DNA from: Deltaproteobacteria bacterium
GTDB lineage: Bacteria; Desulfobacterota; GWC2-55-46
DNA length: 45,443 nt
Assembly (NCBI GenBank): GCA_038041305.1
Contig: JBBTGV010000052.1
Coordinates: forward strand, 1 to 45,443
Reading direction: 5' to 3'
In this document: positions 23,227 to 32,451 of the stretch, one piece after another
Position numbering within the stretch: the stretch's first letter is position 1
Layout of the letters: each line of letters begins with the position of its first letter
Position numbers and translations under genes: made by a program
Notes under the pieces: generated by a model
The model's database searches: none
Seen by the model: the letters and a program-made list of their open reading frames with translations, nothing else
Told to the model about the DNA's origin: nothing

Positions 23227-23934
23227 ATGGAAAAAAAGATTCTGACGGTAGACGACGAAAAAGACATACTTAATGTCCTTGAATATAACCTCGGAAAGGC
23301 AGGGTTTAAGGTTATAAGCGCCGATGACGGCACTAAGGCGCTTGCAATCGCGAAAAAAGAGATCCCGGATCTCATTATCCTTGATATAATGCTGCCGGGC
23401 ATGGAAGGCACTGAGGTGCTTAAGGCGATCAAAAAGGACAAGCTTACGGAAAAAATCCCGGTAATAATGCTGACCGCAAGAGGGGAGGAGATTGACAGGG
23501 TTTTAGGGTTTGAACTCGGCGCGGACGACTATGTGGTCAAGCCTTTCAGCCCAAAGGAACTGTCGTTAAGGGTCAATGCCTTGCTGAAGACGCGGCATCA
23601 TGAAAAAGACGCGGCCAACAATAAAATAAGTTTTGGAGGGCTTCTTATAGATGTTAACAGGTTTGCCGCATATGTGGGCAAGGAAAATATAGGGTTAACG
23701 GCCACGGAATTCAGGCTCCTTGTTGAACTGGCGAGGTCTAAGGGAAGGGTTTTAAGCAGAGACTATCTTGTCAGAACGGTCTGCCGCGCCGATAGTCATC
23801 TGAGTTTCAGGAACATAGATACGCATGTAAGGATGCTCAGGGCGAAACTTGAGAGATGGAGCCCCTGCGTAGAGACCGTGAGGGGGCTTGGGTACAGGTT
23901 CAACAAAGATATTTTTAACAGGAAGAAACATTGA
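23227..23934 (+). CDS. OmpR/PhoB-family response regulator (PhoB-like by context)
   Basis: ATG 23227 (MEKKILTVDDEKDIL...). The receiver domain shows DD...D(ILD)...T...K(PF), and the winged-helix output domain reads LTATEFRLLVEL...VETVRGLGYRF. There is no adjacent histidine kinase. Confidence 0.85.
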   Translation: MEKKILTVDDEKDILNVLEYNLGKAGFKVISADDGTKALAIAKKEIPDLIILDIMLPGMEGTEVLKAIKKDKLTEKIPVIMLTARGEEIDRVLGFELGADDYVVKPFSPKELSLRVNALLKTRHHEKDAANNKISFGGLLIDVNRFAAYVGKENIGLTATEFRLLVELARSKGRVLSRDYLVRTVCRADSHLSFRNIDTHVRMLRAKLERWSPCVETVRGLGYRFNKDIFNRKKH

Positions 23935-23972
23935 TTGGTTTTATGACAACGCTATCCTGTAAAGGGGTAAAA

Positions 23973-24647
23973 ATGCTGAAAAGGAGTTGCATTGCCGAAT
24001 TCTTCGGGACCTTCGCGATCGTGTTTGCCGGGACAGGGGCGATTGTCGTCAACGATGTCTCGGGGGGGCAGGTCACTCATCTTGGCGCGGCATTGACATT
24101 CGGGCTTGTAGTTACAGCGGTGATTTACGCCGTGGGAGACGTCTCCGGGGCGCATTTGAACCCGGCCGTTACATTCGGGTTCTGGGCCGCGCGTCGTTTC
24201 CAGCGGAGATCCGTGTTTCCTTATATAATCAGCCAGTGCCTTGGCGCCGTAGCGGCCAGCGGCATTCTTTTGCTCCTTTTCAAGGGGCATCCCACCCTCG
24301 GGGCCTCATTGCCGGAGGGTTCAATGCCGCGGTCTTTCATCATGGAGATAATACTCACATGGTTTCTGATGTATGTAATACTCAACGTCTCAACAGGCTC
24401 AAAGGAAAAGGGCATAATGGCCGGCATGGCAATCGGTGCGACCGTTGGCCTTGAGGCGTTGTTTGCGGGCCCGATCTCCGGGGCATCCATGAACCCCGCA
24501 AGATCCCTTGCCCCGGCCCTCTTTACCGGCAATCTCAGCTTTGCTTGGCCATACATAACAGCCCATATTATAGGGGCGTATTTAGCCGTATTAAGCGTTA
24601 AACTAATTCGTAAGGATAGTGGCATTGCGGATGCTGCCGAAGGGTAG
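23973..24647 (+). CDS. MIP-family channel, NIP/AqpN-like
   Basis: There are two NPA boxes: SGAHLNPAVTFGFW and SGASMNPARSLAPALF. The second is typical of NIP/AqpM-like members. ATG 23973 lies behind AAAGGGG, 38 nt after the regulator stop. Confidence 0.85.
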   Translation: MLKRSCIAEFFGTFAIVFAGTGAIVVNDVSGGQVTHLGAALTFGLVVTAVIYAVGDVSGAHLNPAVTFGFWAARRFQRRSVFPYIISQCLGAVAASGILLLLFKGHPTLGASLPEGSMPRSFIMEIILTWFLMYVILNVSTGSKEKGIMAGMAIGATVGLEALFAGPISGASMNPARSLAPALFTGNLSFAWPYITAHIIGAYLAVLSVKLIRKDSGIADAAEG

Positions 24648-24691
24648 TCGTTCGAGTCAGCCCCGGCACTTAAGCCTGCACAATCAAAGTT

Positions 24692-24757
24692 TGTTCATAA
24701 TGTGAACATTGATATTGACAGGGTTTTTTTGATGTGCTATTGTTCATTATATGAACA
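24692..24757 (+). promoter_or_regulatory. Twin palindromic operators and promoter of the MarR-type regulator (leaderless)
   Basis: TGTTCA-taatg-TGAACA (24692-24708) and TGTTCA-ttata-TGAACA (24741-24757) lie 49 bp apart. TTGACA (24715-24720), 17 nt, then TGcTATTGT (-10 hexamer 24738-24743). ATG 24751 sits at the predicted transcription start, inside operator 2, with no Shine-Dalgarno sequence. Confidence 0.5.
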
Positions 24758-25377
24758 GCAGGGATGAGCATTCAGAGGATTATCGTTCTCTTCTGCTTCT
24801 TGACGAGATATCAAAAAACAACGAGGTAACGCAGAGGGATTTAAGCAAAAAACTCGGCGTTGCGCTCGGCCTCATAAATTCCTACCTAAAAAACCTCGCA
24901 TCAAAGGGATACATAACCGTCTCAGGTATTCCAAGGAAGCGCTACAGTTATTATGTCACCGCGAACGGCTTTACGGAAAAGACAAGGCTCACCTATCAGC
25001 ACCTAAGGAATTTTACGAACCTCTACAAGGTTGCGCGCCGGGACTTTAGCCTGCTTTTCAACTCCTACAGGCGCTCGGACATAAAAAGAATCGTGTTCTG
25101 CGGCAATGACGAGGTGAGCGAAATAGCGTATCTTTCCCTTAAAGAGGCCGGCCTTGACCTTACCGCGATAATAGACGCCGCCTCCGCCGGAAAAAAATTT
25201 TTCGGCCTGAGCGTGCTTCCCTTGGAGGCGGCGGCCTCAATAGAGTCTGACGTCATAGTGATTACGTCTTTTCAGTCTGGCGCGGAGCTTAAGAATGCGC
25301 TTGTCGCCCTCGGCGTAAAAGAGGAAAAGATCTGTTTTCCCGGCGCCACGGGCTGGCTCAAGAGGATGGGGGTATAG
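24751..25377 (+). CDS. EPS-associated MarR-type winged-helix regulator with C-terminal Rossmann-like domain
   Basis: The N-terminus LLLLDEISKNNEVTQRDLSKKLGVALGLINSYLKNLASKGYITV...RKRYSYYVTANGFTEKTRLTYQHL resembles the TIGR04176-type EPS MarR family. The C-terminal ~100 aa (RIVFCGNDEVSEIAYLSLKEAGLDLTAIIDAASAGKKFFGLSVLPLE...DVIVITS) are laid out like the Rex/CoA-binding Rossmann domain, but the G-loop is degenerate. Confidence 0.6.
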   Translation: MNSRDEHSEDYRSLLLLDEISKNNEVTQRDLSKKLGVALGLINSYLKNLASKGYITVSGIPRKRYSYYVTANGFTEKTRLTYQHLRNFTNLYKVARRDFSLLFNSYRRSDIKRIVFCGNDEVSEIAYLSLKEAGLDLTAIIDAASAGKKFFGLSVLPLEAAASIESDVIVITSFQSGAELKNALVALGVKEEKICFPGATGWLKRMGV

Positions 25378-25461
25378 GCAATTGTGCTTATCGGGCACTA
25401 CAGTGGATGCGGGCATCGTAATATACGGCTCATAAAACAATAAAAAACGCGAGGTGGCGCC

Positions 25462-26355
25462 ATGAAGATAATCGTTACAGGCTCAGACGGGCAACTTGCC
25501 TCAGACCTGATACCCGCGCTCCAGGTCGCAAGGTTCGCAACGGTCGGGGTTGACGTTGAGGACCTTGACATCACGGACAGGGACAAGGTCCTTGATTTCG
25601 TCAAGGACGCTAAACCCGCGCTCATAATAAACTGCGCCGCATACACGCTCGTTGACAAGGCGGAGATTGAAAAGGACAAGGCGTTCAAGGTCAACTCCGA
25701 CGGCGCGATAAACCTCGCGCTTGCGGCGAAGAAGGCCGGAGCGCCCCTCATACACGTCTCAACGGACTTCGTGTTTGACGGGGAAAAGAACATACCCTAT
25801 ACCGAGAAGGACCCTGTTAACCCATTAAGCGTATACGGGAGTTCAAAGCTAAAGGGCGAGGCCGGCGTGGCGGACGCCCTGATTGAGCACATGATCGTAA
25901 GGACGTCGTGGCTTTACGGCACGTCAGGCCACAACTTCGTGAAGACAATCTTGAGATACGCCTCTGAGAGGGAGTTTTTAAGGGTCGTCTACGACCAGAC
26001 AGGCGGGCCCACATGGACTGAGAACCTTTCTGACGCGATTGTTAAAATGGTTAAGACATATAATGAAGACAACAGGCTTGACTACGGCGTATATCATTAC
26101 TCAAACGAAGGGGTCGCGAGCTGGTATGATTTCGCCGTGGCGGTCATAGAGCTTGCCGTTGAGGCCGGCATCAACATAAGGTGCAAGAGGGTAGAGCCCA
26201 TACTTACCACTGAATACCCGACGCCCGCTAAAAGGCCGACATATTCGGTGCTTGACAAGAGAAAGGTCAAGAACACCTTCGGCATCGCCATTCCCCACTG
26301 GAGGGCGTCCCTTAAGGAGATGATAAAAAATTACTACGGAGGAATACATGAGTAG
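25462..26355 (+). CDS. rfbD: dTDP-4-dehydrorhamnose reductase
   Basis: MKIIVTGSDGQLASDL is followed by the YGSSKLKGE (YxxxK) motif. The full-length RmlD-like pattern includes YHYSNEGVASWYDFA and PAKRPTYSVLD. Confidence 0.9.
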   Translation: MKIIVTGSDGQLASDLIPALQVARFATVGVDVEDLDITDRDKVLDFVKDAKPALIINCAAYTLVDKAEIEKDKAFKVNSDGAINLALAAKKAGAPLIHVSTDFVFDGEKNIPYTEKDPVNPLSVYGSSKLKGEAGVADALIEHMIVRTSWLYGTSGHNFVKTILRYASEREFLRVVYDQTGGPTWTENLSDAIVKMVKTYNEDNRLDYGVYHYSNEGVASWYDFAVAVIELAVEAGINIRCKRVEPILTTEYPTPAKRPTYSVLDKRKVKNTFGIAIPHWRASLKEMIKNYYGGIHE

Positions 26356-27430
26356 CATGCTTGTTACCGGAGGCGCGGGCTTCATAGGCGCGAATTTCGT
26401 CCTTTACATGAGGGAAAAAAGGCCGCTTGACGCCCTTGTCGTGCTTGATAAGCTTACATACGCCGGCAATCTGGAGAACCTTAAACGCGTTGAAGGGGAC
26501 GAGAATTTTCTCTTTGTAAAGGGCGATCTGAATGACTTTAATCTCATTGACGGCCTTTTTGAAAAAAACGGCTTTGATTCCGTCGTGAATTTTGCGGCTG
26601 AATCCCATGTGGACAGGTCCATACTCGGGCCTAAGACATTTATTGAGACGAACATAAACGGCACGTTTACGCTCCTTGAGGCGGCAAGAAAACACTGGGG
26701 CCCAGGCAACGGCAATAAGCGCTTTCTGCACGTCTCAACGGACGAGGTCTACGGCTCGCTCGGGGAAGAAGGACTTTTTACCGAATCCACCCCCTACAGC
26801 CCGAACTCTCCTTATGCCGCGAGCAAGGCCGCGTCAGACCACCTCGTAAGGGCGTATTACCACACATACGGGCTTCCTTCAATAACGACGAACTGCTCAA
26901 ACAACTACGGCCCGTATCAGTTCCCGGAAAAGCTCATACCGCTTATGATTATAAACGCGCTTAACGGAAAACCCCTGCCGGTCTACGGGGACGGGCGCAA
27001 TGTCAGGGACTGGCTCTTTGTGCATGACCATTGCACGGCGATAGAGGCCGCGCTTCAGAAGGGAAGGCTCGGGGAGACTTACAACGTCGGCGCAAGGAAT
27101 GAATGGAGGAACATAGATATCGTAAACCTCGTATGCGACACGATAGATGAATTGGTTGGAGCGAGCGCGGAGTCAAGCAAAAAAATCCCGTTCAGCGGCA
27201 AAAGAAGGAAGCTCATAAATTTTGTCAAGGACAGGCCCGGCCATGACAGGAGATACGCGATTGACCCGTCAAAGACAGAACAGGAGCTTGGCTGGAGGCC
27301 GCAGACTGCCTTCAGGGAAGGCATAAGGAACACGGTAAAATGGTACATTGAAAACAAAAGCTGGTGGGAGCGCGTAATGAGCGGCCAATATCTTGAATAC
27401 TATGAGATGCAGTATAAAGAGAGGCTGTAA
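26348..27430 (+). CDS. rfbB: dTDP-glucose 4,6-dehydratase
   Basis: TGGAGFIGANF, YAASKAASDHLVRAYYHTYGLP and TNCSNNYGPYQFPEKLIP are hallmark motifs. The gene overlaps the rfbD stop by 8 nt. Confidence 0.95.
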   Translation: MSSMLVTGGAGFIGANFVLYMREKRPLDALVVLDKLTYAGNLENLKRVEGDENFLFVKGDLNDFNLIDGLFEKNGFDSVVNFAAESHVDRSILGPKTFIETNINGTFTLLEAARKHWGPGNGNKRFLHVSTDEVYGSLGEEGLFTESTPYSPNSPYAASKAASDHLVRAYYHTYGLPSITTNCSNNYGPYQFPEKLIPLMIINALNGKPLPVYGDGRNVRDWLFVHDHCTAIEAALQKGRLGETYNVGARNEWRNIDIVNLVCDTIDELVGASAESSKKIPFSGKRRKLINFVKDRPGHDRRYAIDPSKTEQELGWRPQTAFREGIRNTVKWYIENKSWWERVMSGQYLEYYEMQYKERL

Positions 27431-27480
27431 GGATTGGCGCTTAAGGCGGACAAATACAAAGGAAACGGAGGACACACTCA

Positions 27481-28041
27481 ATGCAGCGCGGGTTTACAAT
27501 CTGGTTTACGGGCCTCTCAGGCTCAGGCAAGACCACGCTCTCAAATCTCCTGCACCACAGGCTTCAGGAGCAGGGCATAACGAACGTTGAGGTCCTGGAC
27601 GGCGATGCCGTAAGGATGCATCTTTCAAAGGGCCTTGGCTTCACAAAAGAGGACAGGGACACGAACATCAGGAGGATAGGCTGGGTGGCGCACCTTTTGA
27701 CAAAGCACAAGGTCCCGAACCTTGTCTCCGCGATATCCCCCTACAGGGAAGTGAGGACAGAGGTGAGGAAGATGATAGAGCACGCCGGGGGAAAGGGTTC
27801 GTTTATAGAGGTCTTTGTTGACTGCCCCGTAGAGGTATGCGAGAAAAGGGACATAAAGGGGCTTTACGCAAAGGCGAGAAAGGGAGAGATAAAGATGTTC
27901 ACGGGCATTGACGACCCGTATGAGCCACCACAGGGCCCTGAGGTCCACATAAGGACGGACGACACGACCCCTGAACACGGGGTGGACATGATACTAAGGC
28001 ATTTGAAGGCGCACGGCCTGTTGCCGCAGCAAAAACAGTGA
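27481..28041 (+). CDS. cysC: Adenylyl-sulfate (APS) kinase
   Basis: P-loop [11 protein letters not shown], followed by [29 protein letters not shown] and ISPYREVR. Confidence 0.95.
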   Translation: MQRGFTIWFTGLSGSGKTTLSNLLHHRLQEQGITNVEVLDGDAVRMHLSKGLGFTKEDRDTNIRRIGWVAHLLTKHKVPNLVSAISPYREVRTEVRKMIEHAGGKGSFIEVFVDCPVEVCEKRDIKGLYAKARKGEIKMFTGIDDPYEPPQGPEVHIRTDDTTPEHGVDMILRHLKAHGLLPQQKQ

Positions 28042-28880
28042 GTAATCAAATCATGCGGGATGCTGATTCAACAATAATTGAGCCGAAGACCGGCTGGGCG
28101 CGCCTCAACATAGGGGAGCTCTGGAGGTTCAAGGGGCTTTTTTATTTCCTTGCGTGGAGGGACGTAAAGGTCAAATACAGGCAGACGGCAATCGGCATAC
28201 TCTGGGCGATACTCCAGCCGACCCTCGGGATGCTCCTTTTTACGGCCATATTCTCAAGGCTTGCCAGGATGCCGTCCGACAATGCGCCTTATCCGGTCTT
28301 TGTCTTCCTCGGGCTTCTGCCGTGGAATTACTTTGCGACGGTCCTGGGCCAGTCCACCACAAGCCTCGTGGGAGGGGCGAACCTCATTACCAAGATTTAT
28401 TTCCCGAGGCTTATAATACCGGTAAGCTCTGCCATGGCCGCCCTGCTTGACCTCTTTATCGCATCAAGCGTCCTCGGTGTGCTTATGTATTTCTACGGGA
28501 TAAGGCCTGGTGCGTCTATTGTCCTTGTCCTGCCGCTCCTTATCCTCACCCTGATGAACGCAATCGGCTTCGGCCTCTGGCTCTCGGCGCTTAACGTGAG
28601 ATACAGGGACGTCCAGTATGCAGTCCCGTTTTTGATACAGATATGGATGTTTGCCACACCCGTTGTGTACCCGGGGACCGTTATCGGAGGGAAATGGAGG
28701 CTCGTCCTTCTCCTTAATCCAATGACCGGCGTTATTGAGGCAATGAGGGCCTCTGTCCTGGGGCACATGGCGATTCCGTGGGGCGGCCTTGCCGTCTCGG
28801 CGCTTTCAGGGTTTTTAGTGTTTTTAAGCGGGCTCCTGTATTTCAAGAGGGTTGAGAGATATTTCGCGGACGTGATCTAA
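28038..28880 (+). CDS. wzm: ABC-2 type polysaccharide export permease (Wzm)
   Basis: An ABC-2 permease with six TM segments and the conserved N-terminus [25 protein letters not shown]. It lies directly upstream of the ATPase. The GTG start overlaps the cysC stop; ATG 28053 is an alternative. Confidence 0.85.
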   Translation: MSNQIMRDADSTIIEPKTGWARLNIGELWRFKGLFYFLAWRDVKVKYRQTAIGILWAILQPTLGMLLFTAIFSRLARMPSDNAPYPVFVFLGLLPWNYFATVLGQSTTSLVGGANLITKIYFPRLIIPVSSAMAALLDLFIASSVLGVLMYFYGIRPGASIVLVLPLLILTLMNAIGFGLWLSALNVRYRDVQYAVPFLIQIWMFATPVVYPGTVIGGKWRLVLLLNPMTGVIEAMRASVLGHMAIPWGGLAVSALSGFLVFLSGLLYFKRVERYFADVI

Positions 28881-28885
28881 CGGAT

Positions 28886-30163
28886 ATGAAGCCCATAATA
28901 GAGGTCAACAATCTTTCAAAGAGATATTCCATAGGCCGGAGGCAGTCCTACGGGAGCCTGAGAGAGGAGGTTTCAGACGCCTTTTCAAGGCCGTTTAGGC
29001 GGATATTCTCCTCCTCTGCGGGCAAGGCAGAGGCTAAGGAAGATACGGTATGGGCCATCAAGGATGTTTCTTTTAACGTGGCCGAAGGCGAGATAGTCGG
29101 GATAATCGGCAGGAACGGGGCGGGCAAATCAACGCTCCTAAAGATACTTTCAAGGATAACCGAACCTACAGAGGGCCGCGTTGTGATGAGGGGAAGGGTG
29201 GCATCGCTCCTTGAGGTGGGCACGGGTTTTCACCCGGAGCTTACGGGCAGGGAGAATATATTCCTGAACGGGGCGCTCCTCGGAATGACGGGCGCCGAGA
29301 TAAAGGCGCGTTTTGACGGCATAGTTGAGTTCTCCGAGATAGATAAATTCCTTGATACGCCCGTTAAGAGATATTCAAGCGGCATGTATGTGAGGCTCGC
29401 CTTCGCCGTGGCGGCGCACCTTGAGCCGGAGATATTGATAGTGGACGAGGTGCTTGCGGTCGGGGACGCCGCGTTCCAGAGGAAGTGCCTCGGGAAGATG
29501 AGCGAGGCCGCAAGGGGGGGAAGGACCGTCCTTTTCGTGAGCCACAACATGGGGGCGGTGCAGAGGCTATGCGAGAGGGCTATCGTTATGCACAACGGAA
29601 ATGTCCTCAAGGATTCGTTCGTCGAGTCTGCTGTTGCCTCCTATTTGAACATCTCGCATGAGAATATAGGCGGAAGAGACGACCTTTATGGTATCAAGAG
29701 AGATAGTAATGAGTTCAGCAACATTAAATTCAGCAAATGTCACGTTCTTGACTCCGAGGGCAAGGTGAACGTAAGCTTGAAGTACGGGGAGCCTTTTACT
29801 GTCCTCCTCGAAGCTGTCTCCACAACCACCCATGAGGATATTTCGCTTGTTGTAGCGGCCGATTCTATTACAGGGGTGCGGGTGTTCACAACTGTAAGCG
29901 AGGATTTTGGAGTTTTATATAGAGCCGTACCAGGCGAACCCTTGAGGGCGGAAGTTCATTTTGACAAGTTGGTGCTAACACCAGGCTGCTACGTGTTGTC
30001 CATTGCAATTAGGAGCGGAAAAGTCGGTCTCGATACGCTCATGAATATCATAGGCTTCGAGGTTACCGCCCAGGCATTTGGTAATATAACGCCACATTCA
30101 GGCACCTTTGGCCTTGTTTCGGTCGATTCTGAATGGCGGCCGCCCAAAAGCATTGTTTTTTGA
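28886..30163 (+). CDS. wzt: Polysaccharide ABC exporter ATPase with C-terminal carbohydrate-binding-type domain (Wzt)
   Basis: Walker A GRNGAGKST, signature YSSGMYVRLAF and Walker B ILIVDEVLAVGD are present. An extra C-terminal beta-rich domain of about 170 aa follows (Wzt_C-like: ...VSLKYGEPFTVLLEA...GCYVLSIAI...). Confidence 0.85.
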   Translation: MKPIIEVNNLSKRYSIGRRQSYGSLREEVSDAFSRPFRRIFSSSAGKAEAKEDTVWAIKDVSFNVAEGEIVGIIGRNGAGKSTLLKILSRITEPTEGRVVMRGRVASLLEVGTGFHPELTGRENIFLNGALLGMTGAEIKARFDGIVEFSEIDKFLDTPVKRYSSGMYVRLAFAVAAHLEPEILIVDEVLAVGDAAFQRKCLGKMSEAARGGRTVLFVSHNMGAVQRLCERAIVMHNGNVLKDSFVESAVASYLNISHENIGGRDDLYGIKRDSNEFSNIKFSKCHVLDSEGKVNVSLKYGEPFTVLLEAVSTTTHEDISLVVAADSITGVRVFTTVSEDFGVLYRAVPGEPLRAEVHFDKLVLTPGCYVLSIAIRSGKVGLDTLMNIIGFEVTAQAFGNITPHSGTFGLVSVDSEWRPPKSIVF

Positions 30164-30164
30164 A

Positions 30165-30887
30165 ATGAAGCTTCAGGAATTAAAGGAGAAGATACACGAT
30201 TTAAGGTTGAAGGCAGCCGGTGCCCCCACGGTGCATTGCCTTGGCGACAGCCATTTGATGGTTTTTGAATATATCGCCAAGGAGGGGCTGTTGAAACATA
30301 CTCGGCTTCAATTTTGCATAGTCCAGGGCGCTACTGCTATGGGCATACCGAACCCGGCTTCAAAGACGCAGGCAGGCCCGATTTTTAATGAGTATCTAAA
30401 GAAGGTGCCTCTTAACGATTATATCCTTACCTGTCTCGGAGAGGTCGATTGCGGCTTTGTGATCTGGTACAGGAGCAAGAAATACGACGAACCCGTAGAA
30501 AAACAGTTTGACCTGGCCATTAGCAACTATACAAATTTCTTGTCGAGCCTTATGAGCGAAGGGAGAAAAAATATAATAATATGCAGCGCTCCTCTTCCTA
30601 CGATAAAAGATGGACAAACATGGGGCGAGATAGCCAGCATGAGAAATGAAGTCGATGCGACCTTACGACAGCGTACGGATATGACATTAGACTTTAACGA
30701 GCGCATAAGAGATTTCAGCAGACGCAACGGTCTTGTTTGTATTGATATAGAACAAGAAATCATGAATCAAGACACCATGCTGATAAATGACAAGTTCTTA
30801 AACCCCGACATGCTTGATCACCATCTTCATCCACCGCTTTTTGCAGAGGTGATTCTACAAGAGTTAAGAAGGAAAGGGTTTTCATAA
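30165..30887 (+). CDS. Possible SGNH/GDSL-fold esterase or acyl-modifying protein
   Basis: ATG 30165 lies 1 nt after the wzt stop. VHCLGDSH resembles block I (GDS), and the C-terminal DMLDHHLHPP resembles block V (DxxH). Assignment is weak. Confidence 0.35.
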   Translation: MKLQELKEKIHDLRLKAAGAPTVHCLGDSHLMVFEYIAKEGLLKHTRLQFCIVQGATAMGIPNPASKTQAGPIFNEYLKKVPLNDYILTCLGEVDCGFVIWYRSKKYDEPVEKQFDLAISNYTNFLSSLMSEGRKNIIICSAPLPTIKDGQTWGEIASMRNEVDATLRQRTDMTLDFNERIRDFSRRNGLVCIDIEQEIMNQDTMLINDKFLNPDMLDHHLHPPLFAEVILQELRRKGFS

Positions 30888-31043
30888 GGGGCCTGAAATG
30901 ATTTTTAAGTTATTTAAAGGACAACAACAAAGGAACCTTTCGGGTAGAATCATTGTCTTGGTTCAAAAAAGGGGATGAGGTGTTGCCTTATGTTTAGGTT
31001 CAGGCCGGAGTGGAACATATATTGAGATTAAGGCCAAGAGGGT

Positions 31044-31742
31044 ATGTTTTTCAAAAGGTCTTTTAAACGAACTGCACCGGATAACGGCCGCTTTAAATTC
31101 TTTGAGACCGGATTCCACGGCGACAGGTATCTTCTTATGCTTGTGGATGCGCTTATCAAGGACTGCGGTTATTTCATAGAGACAGGCGCGAATGTGGGCT
31201 CAACGCTTGCATATGTGGCAAGGACATATCCGGACAAGACATGCATTTCGTGCGAGCCTGATAAGGATGCCTTTGACGAGGCAATAAAGAACACAGGCGG
31301 GCTTAAGAACGCAATCATCTACAACATGCCCTCGCAGGACTTCATAAAGTCCATTGAAAAGGGGCATAAAGAGTTGCTGGAGAAAGACGCCCTGTTCTGG
31401 CTTGACGCGCACGGATACGGCTTTGACTGGCCGCTTAAAGACGAGCTCAGGTTTATTACAACGCGTTTTAAGAGGGCTCATATCCTCATTGACGACTTCA
31501 AGGTGCCTGGTCTTGAAGTGTTTTCATACGATGTTTATAAGGCACAGGTTTGTTCATTTGATTTCGTGAAAGACTCGTTGGCGCCCGGGCGCGGCTACAA
31601 AATATTTTATCCTGATTATACTGAAAAGACCTCCCCGCACCACCCGCTTGTGGGATGGGGGCTTATTGAGTTCGGGCATGCCAAAGAGATTTTTTTACCT
31701 GACATCTTGAGAAATAAGATCAAAGGGCCGATTCATGTTTAA
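31044..31742 (+). CDS. FkbM-like SAM-dependent methyltransferase (putative)
   Basis: ETGANVGSTLAYVARTYPDKTCISCEPDKDAFDEAIKN follows the FkbM pattern (GANxG ... EP.p..f..L). The rest is unassigned. Confidence 0.45.
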   Translation: MFFKRSFKRTAPDNGRFKFFETGFHGDRYLLMLVDALIKDCGYFIETGANVGSTLAYVARTYPDKTCISCEPDKDAFDEAIKNTGGLKNAIIYNMPSQDFIKSIEKGHKELLEKDALFWLDAHGYGFDWPLKDELRFITTRFKRAHILIDDFKVPGLEVFSYDVYKAQVCSFDFVKDSLAPGRGYKIFYPDYTEKTSPHHPLVGWGLIEFGHAKEIFLPDILRNKIKGPIHV

Positions 31743-32433
31743 TTTTTTAAAACGGGAAAGACAGTGTAGCCACGGCCGCATGGCCGTAAGGGACAGGTTT
31801 TTAGACCTCAGAGAAAGGGTGGAGGTTGAAAACCCGGTGATAGTTGACGGCGGCGCAAACAAGGGCGATATGACCGAGAGGTTTCTACACCTCTACAAAA
31901 ACCCGATCATACATGCCTTTGAACCAATACCCGAGTTGGCGCTTGAGCTTAGGAAAAGATTCGCCTCAAGTAAGAATGTGGTTGTGCATGAAAACGCGCT
32001 CGGGGCTGAGGGCAAGGGCATAAGATTCAATGTCCTCAAGAATATCGTCTCATCCTCTGTATTGAAGCCAACTGACATAAAAAGGTCATACCACGGTTCA
32101 AAAGTGGATGTTGAAAGAAGCATTGAAGTAAGACAGGTCAGGCTTGATGAGGCTATTAAAGCTCCTGTTGACATCATGAAGCTTGACCTTCAGGGCTATG
32201 AGCTTGAGGCGCTTAAGGGCGCGGAGGGGCTGTTAAATGACATTAAGGCGATTACAACGGAGGTTGAGTTTACGCCCCTTTATGAAGGCCAGCCCCTTTT
32301 TTCGGACATTGATAAGTACTTGCGCGAAAAGGGCTTCAGGCTCTTGAATCTCTACGAGCTTTTCACGCACCCTGACGGACAGCTTACAGCAGGCGATGCG
32401 GTTTACCTCAACAAGAGGTTTTTTAACCTATAA
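31735..32433 (+). CDS. FkbM-family methyltransferase
   Basis: VIVDGGANKGDMTERF ... AFEPIPELALELRKRF ... MKLDLQGYELEALKGA are classic FkbM-family (TIGR01444) blocks. Confidence 0.8.
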   Translation: MFNFLKRERQCSHGRMAVRDRFLDLRERVEVENPVIVDGGANKGDMTERFLHLYKNPIIHAFEPIPELALELRKRFASSKNVVVHENALGAEGKGIRFNVLKNIVSSSVLKPTDIKRSYHGSKVDVERSIEVRQVRLDEAIKAPVDIMKLDLQGYELEALKGAEGLLNDIKAITTEVEFTPLYEGQPLFSDIDKYLREKGFRLLNLYELFTHPDGQLTAGDAVYLNKRFFNL

Positions 32434-32451
32434 ACCCGGGGACAGAGGCAG

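Noticed and set aside
24692-24757. TGTTCA-N5-TGAACA palindromes as LexA/SOS boxes
   Set aside because: The arms are GTTC-N7-GAAC, the inverse of the Cheo-type GAAC-N4-GTTC, and unlike CTGT-N8-ACAG. Their position over the MarR gene's own promoter fits autoregulation better.
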